Shown: positions 1 through 8,000 of the stretch, in pieces | Layout of the letters: the number at the start of each line of letters is the position of its first letter | Numbering within the stretch: position 1 is the stretch's first letter | From: a virus | Taxonomy: Duplodnaviria; Caudoviricetes | DNA length: 24,181 bases | Strand: one strand, 5' to 3' | Virus record (IMG/VR): IMGVR_UViG_3300012667_000936 | Coordinates: 1 to 24,181 of that record | Made by a program: the position numbers and the translations under genes | The notes under the pieces: model-generated | The model's input: the letters and a program-made list of their open reading frames with translations, nothing else | Told to the model about the DNA's origin: nothing | Databases searched by the model: none

Positions 1-1
1 C

Positions 2-457
2 CACGACGCATTTCCATGTGCATATAGACAATGGCGTAGTGATAGTCACTGTAATTTAATTCACGGTTACAGTTTTTCAATGAAATTCTTTTTCGGTACT
101 AACGATTTAGACGTCCGTAACTGGGCTGCTGATTACGGTGGCCTCAAAGAATTAAAGAAGACCTTAGAAGATCAATTTGACCATACCCTTATTGTTGCAC
201 AAGATGATCCAGAGATGGAAACATTTAAAATGTTGCAAGAAAAGAACATGGCAAAAGTTGTAGTCTTGCCTGCATTAGGATGTGAAGCACTAAGCGATAT
301 GCTCTACAAGTATGTCAACGGTGTTTACATTCCGGAGATGTGGGGCCCAGGCGAAGCACAACGCCTATGGTGCTACCGAGTTGAAGTTCGTGAAACACAA
401 AGCAATATGGCGTTCCGTGAAGGACACCGCGAATGGAATGAAGATTTATTTGCGTAA
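2..457 (+). CDS. queD: QueD-like 6-carboxy-5,6,7,8-tetrahydropterin synthase (PTPS/T-fold), 5'-truncated by the window edge
   Basis: The frame is open from position 2: HDAFPCAYRQWRSDSHCNLIHGYSFSMKFFFG... It carries the C-x3-HG motif, DYGGLKELK..L...FDH, and the C-terminal VEVRET..N motif typical of QueD. The ATG at 80 in the ORF track is internal. Confidence 0.85.
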   Translation, partial: HDAFPCAYRQWRSDSHCNLIHGYSFSMKFFFGTNDLDVRNWAADYGGLKELKKTLEDQFDHTLIVAQDDPEMETFKMLQEKNMAKVVVLPALGCEALSDMLYKYVNGVYIPEMWGPGEAQRLWCYRVEVRETQSNMAFREGHREWNEDLFA

Positions 458-608
458 GTTTTGGCGGGTATGGGCTAAGGCCCTAGGTGAAAAGGCAGGT
501 GCTACAAATCAAGAAGCTGATATTGTAGCACTTGTGCGTACAGGCATAGTATTATGTTACATCATAACTAACATTTTTATTGTAGCCGGTGTTATAAGGC
601 ATTGGTAA
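438..608 (+). CDS. Small membrane protein (56 aa), phage hypothetical
   Basis: ATG at 438 gives MKIYLRKFWRVWAKALGEKAG...EADIVALVRTGIVLCYIITNIFIVAGVIRHW, with one C-terminal hydrophobic helix. The stop abuts the next ATG (TAAATG). The 312 start in the track would overlap queD by ~146 nt. Confidence 0.7.
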   Translation: MKIYLRKFWRVWAKALGEKAGATNQEADIVALVRTGIVLCYIITNIFIVAGVIRHW

Positions 609-1301
609 ATGATAACCGTACTTTGCGTTAAATTTAGTAACAAGTATGGCACTGACTATGTGAAGAGATTACGGAACATGGTATCTCGACATATGACCAT
701 CCCCTATGAATTTGTATGTCTAACTGACGATCCTAATCCAATTGAAGGTGTTAGAAGTATTGTGCAACCATCTGCCGGGTATGCTCGAGGATGGTGGCAC
801 AAAGTTCACATGTTTGATCCTAGTTTAAATCTTTCAGGAAGAGTGTTATATTTCGACTTAGATGTAGTTATCCATGATAACATAGATAAACTTGTATCTA
901 ATTGTAGTTCGGAGTTTTTAGGAATAAGAGATTTCAATAGAAAGTTTAATCCTAACTGGAATACGCTAAACAGCTCTGCATTGAGTTGGATCGCAGGAAC
1001 CCAGAATGATATTTTTACTAAATTTAAATGCGATCCCAGCAAGGCACAAAAAATGCACGGGGATCAGGATTGGATATGGCACCATGCCAAGGACAGAATA
1101 AAATTTTGGCCCGATGCATGGTTGTTAAGTTATAAATGGGAAATTCGCAATAAGAGCGAATTAATATACCAAAACGGTAGACGACTATTTAGAACTGTGC
1201 GAAATCCAGACATTCCAAGAGAATGTAGCGTTTCAGTGTTTCATGGCGACCCTAACCCACACGACATACAAGATCCGTATGTAGTTGACAATTGGAAGTA
1301 A
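609..1301 (+). CDS. GT-A fold glycosyltransferase (nucleotide-diphospho-sugar transferase, GT8-like)
   Basis: N-terminal VLCVK..NKY...YV..L..MV.RH....F.C.TDD, WWHK, DxD motif in YFDLDVVI, NSS, GDQDWI and C-terminal VFHGDPNP. Confidence 0.8.
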   Translation: MITVLCVKFSNKYGTDYVKRLRNMVSRHMTIPYEFVCLTDDPNPIEGVRSIVQPSAGYARGWWHKVHMFDPSLNLSGRVLYFDLDVVIHDNIDKLVSNCSSEFLGIRDFNRKFNPNWNTLNSSALSWIAGTQNDIFTKFKCDPSKAQKMHGDQDWIWHHAKDRIKFWPDAWLLSYKWEIRNKSELIYQNGRRLFRTVRNPDIPRECSVSVFHGDPNPHDIQDPYVVDNWK

Positions 1302-1313
1302 TGGTGCTATACT
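1285..1313 (+). promoter_or_regulatory. Sigma70-type promoter with extended -10
   Basis: TTGACA (1285-1290), 17-bp spacer, TG-n extension, TATACT (1308-1313). Confidence 0.8.
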
Positions 1314-1319
1314 AGCATC

Positions 1320-1655
1320 ATGCAATTACTTAACGACTACCTCCAAAAACAACAAGAGCTTTTCGATTACTTCGGCTATGTCGAAAATTGGAAAGCTATT
1401 CCTGTTGACAATGCTACAATGTATTACTGGCAGCTTTACGGCGAAGGACACGGGGGTGAAGTGTTGTTTGCAGATACTAAAGAAGAATTGTTCGGCGGTG
1501 AAGGCAACTACTACAGCAACGAAATCTACACACAACGTCATTTAGAAAAGTGGGTTTACCGTGGTGCAGACTATACAATGGTTGTAGTTGACACTCACAC
1601 TGACGGTAACAAGTTTCTGCAAATCTTTGACAATGCGAAAGAAATTAAGGAATGA
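1320..1655 (+). CDS. Hypothetical protein (111 aa, acidic/aromatic)
   Basis: Fills the gap in the + strand run, starts 6 nt after a consensus -10, and has an ATGA overlap with the next gene. Confidence 0.75.
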   Translation: MQLLNDYLQKQQELFDYFGYVENWKAIPVDNATMYYWQLYGEGHGGEVLFADTKEELFGGEGNYYSNEIYTQRHLEKWVYRGADYTMVVVDTHTDGNKFLQIFDNAKEIKE

Positions 1656-1867
1656 CTCCAAAACAAAAGCGTACAGAAATCAAGCGAATACTATATTTGC
1701 TTTCTGAAGAAAATCGAGAGATGTTTAATCGCATGTATTCGCCGCAAGACATTAGTCAAGAAGTCAGCGAAACGGTTGACAACATGCCAGCGAAGCAGTT
1801 ATCATGGGCATTAACACAATGTCAAAACTCCTATCACCGAATTTTTAAGATTCTTAAACATGCTTAA
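1652..1867 (+). CDS. Hypothetical protein (71 aa)
   Basis: AAGGA upstream, ATGA overlap with the previous stop, and an 8-nt overlap with the uvsE start. Confidence 0.7.
   Translation: MTPKQKRTEIKRILYLLSEENREMFNRMYSPQDISQEVSETVDNMPAKQLSWALTQCQNSYHRIFKILKHA
1776..1805 (+). promoter_or_regulatory. Possible sigma70 promoter for uvsE
   Basis: TTGACA (1776-1781), 18-bp spacer, TATCAT (1800-1805). It lies inside the upstream CDS, so it may be chance. Confidence 0.35.
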
Positions 1868-2915
1868 ACGAATTGGCTTTGCCTGCAAACTTATCGATGG
1901 TCCTAGCCAAATTGACGGCATTAAACAGACAGATAACTGCAAACAATATAATACTAGCACTACTACTGTAGCCTGGTTAAATAGACAATCGCAGAACATT
2001 GCTGAAGAAAAGTTGTGGGACTTAATGAAACACAATATCGAGGCATGTCGTCTGCTTGTTGAAAAGGTAGGCACGTTTGATGAAAATCTTAGAATGGTAC
2101 GACTCAGCAGCGATATATTGCCTGTGTTCACTCAGCGCGATTGGCAGTTCTTTTACCGGCTACCCGATGTTAGAGCCTATTGCGAAAGAGCATTTGGAGA
2201 AGTGGGAGCTTCGGCTCGCAAGAATAACGTTCGCCTTAGTTTTCATCCCGGCCAGTTTACTGTGCTTGCATCTGCTAACCCAGGTATTGTAGATCGCAGT
2301 ATCGAAGAGTTCGAATATCACGCAGACATGGCTCGCTGGATGGGTTATGGTCAAACATTTCAAGACTTAAAAATTAACGTACACATCTCGGGCCAGCAAG
2401 GTCCCGAAGGTATCCGTCGTGCTTATCAAAGACTCAGTCCCGAAGCACGTAACACACTGACAATAGAAAATGAAGAAATTACACACAACCTCGACACATG
2501 TTTGGAACTTGCTGATCTCGTTCCAATTGTACTTGACATACATCATCACTGGATTAACTCGGGCGAATATATCGACCCTAATGACCCGCGTGTTCAACGG
2601 GTTATTGATAGCTGGCGCGGTGTGCGTCCTACTTGTCACTACAGTGTTTCTCGCGAAGATGTACTCGTCGGTCATTCCACTACAGACCGTCCCGATCTTC
2701 CGGCCCTCTTAAGCCAGGGTTATAAAAAATCTAAACTGCGAGCACATTCCAACTTCTATTGGAACACAGCAGTTAACGAGTGGGCACACGGTTTTACAGA
2801 CCAATTTGATATCATGTGCGAAAGCAAGGCTAAGAATTTAGCCAGTCTTGCATTTTCTCAACATACAAATCAGTTGACATTGCCGTCACTTGGTGCTAAA
2901 ATTTGTACTTCTTAA
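1860..2915 (+). CDS. uvsE: UV DNA damage endonuclease (UvsE/UVDE, TIM barrel)
   Basis: RIGFAC N-terminus, RLSSDILP, RLSFHPGQFTVLAS, E.EYH, INVH, LTIENEE, VLDIHHHW, CHYS, RAHS and DIMCESKAKNLA: the metal-ligand motifs of the UvdE family. Confidence 0.93.
   Translation: MLKRIGFACKLIDGPSQIDGIKQTDNCKQYNTSTTTVAWLNRQSQNIAEEKLWDLMKHNIEACRLLVEKVGTFDENLRMVRLSSDILPVFTQRDWQFFYRLPDVRAYCERAFGEVGASARKNNVRLSFHPGQFTVLASANPGIVDRSIEEFEYHADMARWMGYGQTFQDLKINVHISGQQGPEGIRRAYQRLSPEARNTLTIENEEITHNLDTCLELADLVPIVLDIHHHWINSGEYIDPNDPRVQRVIDSWRGVRPTCHYSVSREDVLVGHSTTDRPDLPALLSQGYKKSKLRAHSNFYWNTAVNEWAHGFTDQFDIMCESKAKNLASLAFSQHTNQLTLPSLGAKICTS
2874..2902 (+). promoter_or_regulatory. Sigma70-type promoter with extended -10, upstream of the SPFH gene
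   Basis: TTGACA (2874-2879), 17-bp spacer, TG-n, TAAAAT (2897-2902). Shares TGGTGCTA with the 1285 promoter. Confidence 0.75.
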
Positions 2916-2936
2916 ACAACTTTAGAAAGATCTAAA

Positions 2937-4283
2937 ATGGACATCGCAATTATCCCAACGGTAATTATGGCACTAGTCACAGTGCTGATTATTGTTCCAG
3001 CAGTTTGGATTGTTAATCTTCGCCGTGTTGTTAGCACAAACGAAGTACACATCATTCAAAGCGCCAAACGAACTGTGTCGTACGGCAAAGACCAAGAATC
3101 AGGTAACACCTACTACGAGTGGCCGAGCTGGATTCCAATCATTGGTATTAACGTTATCAAACTGCCAGTCAGTGTGTTCAGCTTGCGTTTGAAAGACTAC
3201 GAAGCCTACGACAATGGTCGCTTGCCATTCGTACTTGATCTTGAAGCATTCTTCCGCATTGAGAACTCAAACATTGCGGCTCAGCGTGTGTTCAGCTTCC
3301 AGGAACTTAGCGGACAGCTTACTTCAATTCTACAGGGTGCGGCTCGTACTATCCTTGCTAGCAAAACAATTGAAGAAATTATGCAGGGTCGTTCAGAGTT
3401 TGGTGATGCGTTCACTAAAGAGGTTAACGAACAACTTAAGGCTTGGGGTGTTACTACTGTTAAGAACATCGAGCTCATGGATATTCGTGATAGCCGTGAG
3501 TCGCATGTGATTCAGAACATCATGGAAAAGAAGAAGTCTGAGATCGAAAAAGACTCGCGTATTGTTGTTGCTTCTAACATGAAGGCTGCTCAAAACGCTG
3601 AAATCGATGCACAGCGTGAAGTTGAACTGAATCAGCAGGTAGCTGCGGAGCAGGTGGGCATTCGTACAGCGGAAAAAGATAAAGCTGTGGGTATTGCAAC
3701 TGAAAAAGCACAGCAAGACATCAAAGCTCAGCAGAAAGTTACAACTGAAAAAGCTATGGAAGTGGCTCGGGTAGAAAACGTTAAGGCAGCTGAAATTGCC
3801 AAAGACGTTAACATTGTGCAGGCTGAGGAACGCAAGCAGACTGACGTTATTCAAGCTGAAGGTCAGAAGCAAAAGACTACATTGATTGCTGAAGGTAACC
3901 TTGAAGCACAGAAGCGTGAAGCTGAAGGTCTGCTGGTTAACGGTCAAGCCAAGGCTGAAGCAGAGAAGTTGCTACAACTTGCTCCAGTCGAAGCGCAGAT
4001 TGTACTGGCTAAGGAAATTGGTGAGAATCAAAGCTACCAGCAATACCTTATCACCATCCGTCAAGTTGAAGCTAACCAAGCAATTGGTGTTGAACAGGCT
4101 CGTGCGCTGGATAAGGCAGACATTAAAGTTATTGCTAACTCGGGTAGCGTAACTGGTGGCATTAGTTCAATCGGTGAACTGTTTACATCACAAGGTGGTA
4201 CAAACGTAGGTGCTGCACTCGAAGGACTTGCTCAAAGTGAAATTGGCAAGCAATTGCTGGACAAATTTGTTGCTAAGAAGTAA
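2937..4283 (+). CDS. SPFH/Band 7 domain, flotillin-like membrane protein
   Basis: N-terminal TM helix, RRVV..NEVHII, SPFH core (AAQR...LQGAARTILASKTIEEI...F...V.E.LKAWGV....IELMDIRD), and a long Ala/Glu/Lys-rich coiled coil with AEA/AEG repeats. Confidence 0.88.
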   Translation: MDIAIIPTVIMALVTVLIIVPAVWIVNLRRVVSTNEVHIIQSAKRTVSYGKDQESGNTYYEWPSWIPIIGINVIKLPVSVFSLRLKDYEAYDNGRLPFVLDLEAFFRIENSNIAAQRVFSFQELSGQLTSILQGAARTILASKTIEEIMQGRSEFGDAFTKEVNEQLKAWGVTTVKNIELMDIRDSRESHVIQNIMEKKKSEIEKDSRIVVASNMKAAQNAEIDAQREVELNQQVAAEQVGIRTAEKDKAVGIATEKAQQDIKAQQKVTTEKAMEVARVENVKAAEIAKDVNIVQAEERKQTDVIQAEGQKQKTTLIAEGNLEAQKREAEGLLVNGQAKAEAEKLLQLAPVEAQIVLAKEIGENQSYQQYLITIRQVEANQAIGVEQARALDKADIKVIANSGSVTGGISSIGELFTSQGGTNVGAALEGLAQSEIGKQLLDKFVAKK

Positions 4284-4297
4284 CTAATTTTACTCAA

Positions 4298-4326
4298 AAG
4301 AAAAGCGGGTTTAGGCCCGCTTTCTT
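4298..4326. terminator. Bidirectional intrinsic terminator
   Basis: AAGAAAAGCGGGT-TTAG-GCCCGCTTTCTT: a GC stem with A-rich and T-rich flanks, between the convergent stops at 4283 and 4340. Confidence 0.85.
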
Positions 4327-4339
4327 ACGACCTAATAAA

Positions 4340-4630
4340 TTAAGCCGCTGGTGGTGCTTTTGGTTTGCGTGGAGTAGCTGGCTTCTTTGCAGTAGCTGGC
4401 TTCTTTGCAGTAGCTGGCGCCTTTTTAGCAAATTGTTGCTTCTTTGGTGCAGCTTTTTTCTTAGCAGGTGCGGCAGTTTCTGCTACCGGTTGTACTGCTA
4501 CTTCAGTAGGGACAACCACAGGTGCTTCTACTTTGTATGGAACCTGGTTAGCTGCTTCTACCTTTGTATCTACTGCCGGTGCTGCAACCTCTGTCTTAGT
4601 ACCAAAAATTTTCTTAATGAATCCGAACAT
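4340..4630 (-). CDS. Small Lys/Ala/Pro-rich protein (histone H1/AlgP-like basic tail, N-terminal amphipathic helix)
   Basis: AAGGAGG Shine-Dalgarno (4638-4644) 7 nt before the ATG. Sequence MFGFIKKIFG...PAKKKAAPKK...PATAKKPATAKKPATPRKPK. Ends at the terminator. Confidence 0.85.
   Translation of the reverse strand: MFGFIKKIFGTKTEVAAPAVDTKVEAANQVPYKVEAPVVVPTEVAVQPVAETAAPAKKKAAPKKQQFAKKAPATAKKPATAKKPATPRKPKAPPAA
4373..4418. repeat. 18-bp tandem repeat, about 2.5 copies (encodes PATAKK on the minus strand)
   Basis: AGTAGCTGGCTTCTTTGC at 4373 and 4391, with a partial AGTAGCTGGC at 4409. Confidence 0.9.
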
Positions 4631-4652
4631 TTAATGTCCTCCTTTAGATGTT

Positions 4653-4658
4653 TATTTA
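4653..4658 (-). promoter_or_regulatory. TAAATA putative late promoter
   Basis: The minus strand reads TGTAAATAAACATCTAAAGGAGG...ATG. Resembles the core of the T4 gp55 late promoter TATAAATA. Confidence 0.6.
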
Positions 4659-4707
4659 CATCTGTATGCATTATTGATTAGTAATATAGACACTTTATTA
4701 CAGGTAA

Positions 4708-4995
4708 TTAATATTTCCCTACTGGCAGATCCGTACTAGCAGGCATATCCCATATTTGTTTTTGTTCGACTCCCTTGCGTTGGGCAAACTTTTTAGCATC
4801 ACAATTTGAACAACAATGAAAATAATTGTTGCTTAATCTTTTCTGTTGGATTTTCTTTAACGGTCTCTTAAACACTTTGTTGCAGTTGTCACAACGAAAC
4901 ACAGCCACCGTCTTATTACGCTTATAGGTGTGCTGTAAGCCTGTTTTACTGGCTCGGGTATACTCTGACTGCTCTGTTTCTGTTTTTAGGAACAT
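4708..4995 (-). CDS. Small basic putative zinc-binding protein (95 aa; CxxC...CCxxC)
   Basis: Start at ATG 4995 (MFLKTETEQ...), with RCDNC and HCCSNC motifs. The 5073 start in the track would run through the divergent promoter region and overlap the next gene's start. Confidence 0.75.
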   Translation of the reverse strand: MFLKTETEQSEYTRASKTGLQHTYKRNKTVAVFRCDNCNKVFKRPLKKIQQKRLSNNYFHCCSNCDAKKFAQRKGVEQKQIWDMPASTDLPVGKY

Positions 4996-5000
4996 ACGCT

Positions 5001-5036
5001 TATTTACATTAGGCTTATAAAACTTTGGGCTAAATA
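5001..5036. promoter_or_regulatory. Divergent pair of TAAATA putative late promoters
   Basis: TATTTA at 5001-5006 (minus strand, 5 nt before ATG 4995) and TAAATA at 5031-5036 (plus strand, upstream of AGGA and ATG 5067). Confidence 0.65.
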
Positions 5037-5066
5037 GTAGAGTAACCATAATTCTTAGGATTAAAC

Positions 5067-8000
5067 ATGGCACGTAAACAGATTGATATTGGCGTTGTAG
5101 GTAATGACGGCACAGGCGATAGTATTCGCGACTCGTTTAGAAAAGTAAACGACAACTTTAGAGAACTATACAGTTCGTTAGGCTTAGGTGAGAGACTTAC
5201 ATTCCTTGGTCTAGATGATGTTAAGGCAGACTCAAATAGTTTGCCTTATAAAGATCTAGGCGGATACGCAGGTCACGATAATGCTATATTATCGGTTAAT
5301 ACCGATAACAGTGGTATTACCTTTAAGCAACTAATACCCGGATCGGGAATTTCTTTAGATTTTACTTCTAATATTAATGAGATAAGAATTAGTTCAGAGT
5401 TCTCAGAAGTAGTAGCGGACCCTAGCCCGCAACTAGGCGGCGACTTGAGTGTAAAATCTGGTGGCGAAACTCACAGAATTATTAACTTAGAAGTAGACGG
5501 TACACCACTCAAACCGTTGTATGAGCACGAAGTTGTAAACAAAAACTATGCTGATAGTAAAATTTCCAAAGCCGGTGTTAATGCAATAGATCCTAGGACT
5601 AACACAACAAATCCAGCATTCGGAACAATGACAGGTCCGTTAATTTTGTCGCGTGATCCTCAGCCGGATGATGACGAAACTTATGGTGGTTTAATTGCAG
5701 CAACAAAAAGATACGTTGACAATTCAGCATTTGGTAGTTTCGTTAACTTATACGTTGCTACATCCGGAGCAGATGATAGGGTAGGTGTTAGTGCTGCATT
5801 GCAAGGACGAGCATTAGCATATGCATACCGAACAATTGAAGCGGCATGTAAGCGAGCTGAAGAAATTATGCTTGATTCTCGTTTAGAGATCGGACCTTAC
5901 AAGAAAGTATTAACGTATAATGGCGGTGCAGGTGAATGTACACTTGCCGAAATTACTAACGCTCCCGAAGATGGTAGCGGATTTAGTGGCTCAGTGTTAA
6001 TGAGCGTGGATACTATTACTATTGTTAACGGTGGTGTAAATTACAGACCAAACGATATCATTACAATACAAGGTGGCACATATACACAGGCTGCATCCTA
6101 CGAAGTATTATCTATTACAGAAACTGGTAATGTTCTAACTCTTAGACAATTAAGCTCTGGTGTTTATACCGCTTTACCAGTTGGTTCGGAAATTAGCACA
6201 ACTACTGATAGCTTGTATGGCGGATTAGGCGGCGGAGATGCTGTTGTTAAAGTAAGTCTAACCTATAAAGTTAACAACGTTCAAATCAATGATGCTGGTG
6301 CAGACTACGGTCTAGTATCTGTACGTATCGTAGGTGGTGGTGGTGCTGGAGCATTTGGTACAGCCGATGTTGTAGGTGGTAGTATTCAAGGGATTACAAT
6401 TACAGACCAAGGTTCTGGATTTACCAGTTTACCTAATGTTGTTGTAAATCTACCTAGATTCTTAATCAACACCGAAGGTTATAAAACAGACTTTACCGGT
6501 GACTATTCAACTGAGACTTCTAGCGCGATCAGAGGAAGAGACATTAGAGAAGGATTGTATCTAAGAGGTGAAGAATCGGGTGCATTGGCTCAAATCTTAG
6601 CGCATACCGGATCGTTAGACAGTGAAGGTAACGAAATATTTGATGTTGATATTAAGTACGGTGCATTCGTTATTGGGGAAGCTATTTCCTACGGCGACGT
6701 AACAAAGAACACACAAATATCAATTTTAGTAGAAAGTGGTATCTACGAAGAAAACTATCCGTTGCGTGTGCCACAAAACGTATCTATTGTAGGTGACGAA
6801 TTTAGACGTTGTATAGTTCGTCCAAAGCAAGGCATTAGTTCAAGTCCGTGGGCCTTTATTAATTTCCGCAGAGATTTAACCGTTGGCGTAGAAAACGTAG
6901 ATCAGATCACTATTGCTGATAGACAATTCGGTTATCACTATCTTGAAGATACTAGCTCTCCAGTTTATCCTATTGTTAATAACAGAGGATACTACCGAGC
7001 AGCAGCAGGGCTATTAGCAGTCAACAGACAATTTATTCAGAAGGAAGTCATTGCTTGGATCAACAACGAGATCCTAAATGAGAATTCTCCGTTTGTTAGC
7101 AACTTCTTGTATAATCAAGAGTTGTGCGAACGCGATGTTGGTTTGATTGTTGACTCGATGATATTTGACTTGAAGTGGGGTGGTGCAAATAGAACTATTT
7201 CCGCTGCTTTAAAGTATTACGGGAATGCTAGTGGTAGACTAGCTATCGGACCTAGCCAACTAAGCCAAACAATTGCAGGTATTAGACGTATCGGTACATT
7301 GGCGCAATTAATCATTAGAAACGTACCTGTACAAGATTTGTATCAAACAGCGTTCCCTCAGATTGTAGATAACGCATATGTTGCTGAAGTTGGCACAGGC
7401 GGAGTATCATTTAACATTGGCAGTGCAACTAACGCTAATCCAGTTGTTATTACTACTGAGACAGCTCATGGATTAGCAACTGGTTCGCAAATTGTTATCG
7501 GTAATGCAGTAGGAATGACGGAGATTAATGGTAATGATTACTATGTTGATGTTATTGACACTACATCATTCTATCTATATCACAATTCTGCTCTAACTGA
7601 TTCTGTCAACGGCACTGATTATGGTGTATACACCAGTGGTGGTACTGCAACTAATATCGGCGGAGTAATCGGTGCGTTAATCGATGTTATTGTCGATGTT
7701 ATTGATAATTCGGGTAGTGTTAACTATCCTAAGAATAACGACGAGATGGACGTTATGTTGTGTAACGACTCTGTTCGTTTCCAAGCATTGACATTCCAAG
7801 GACATGGCGGCTTTGCTATGGTACTTGACCCAGAAGGACAGATTCTTGCTAAATCTCCATACGCACAAGAGTGTGCCAGCTTTGCAAAGAGTAATGGTGA
7901 ACAAAGATTTGCAGGTGGTCAATATGTTGACGGTTTTGCCGGAAACTTAAAGTTTAAAATTAATAGTTCCGAGAATGATGGCACCTTCATTCGTGTTGAA

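Noticed and set aside
312-437. N-terminal extension of the 312-608 ORF
   Set aside because: It overlaps queD in another frame; ATG 438 gives a compact, plausible protein.
1405-1632. Additional TTGACA hexamers at 1405 and 1627
   Set aside because: Neither has a convincing -10 at 16-18 bp spacing.
806-4152. Short alternative-frame and antisense ORFs within the GT, hypothetical, uvsE and SPFH genes (e.g. 1285-1545, 1811-2131, 3393-3947)
   Set aside because: They lie largely or wholly over well-supported genes and show no recognisable motifs; they are shadow ORFs.
4365-4681. Plus-strand ORFs 4365-4634 and 4433-4681
   Set aside because: They are antisense shadows of the minus-strand gene, which has the strong RBS, upstream motif and terminator.
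4996-5073. Longer start (5073) for the minus-strand Cys-rich gene
   Set aside because: It would cross both TAAATA elements and overlap the 5067 start; ATG 4995 fits better.
7425-7655. Module resembling the ubiquitin-activating enzyme E1 FCCH domain as evidence of a ubiquitin-like system
   Set aside because: It is a small beta module recurring three times in a virion protein, with no adenylation domain, E2 or Ubl nearby.
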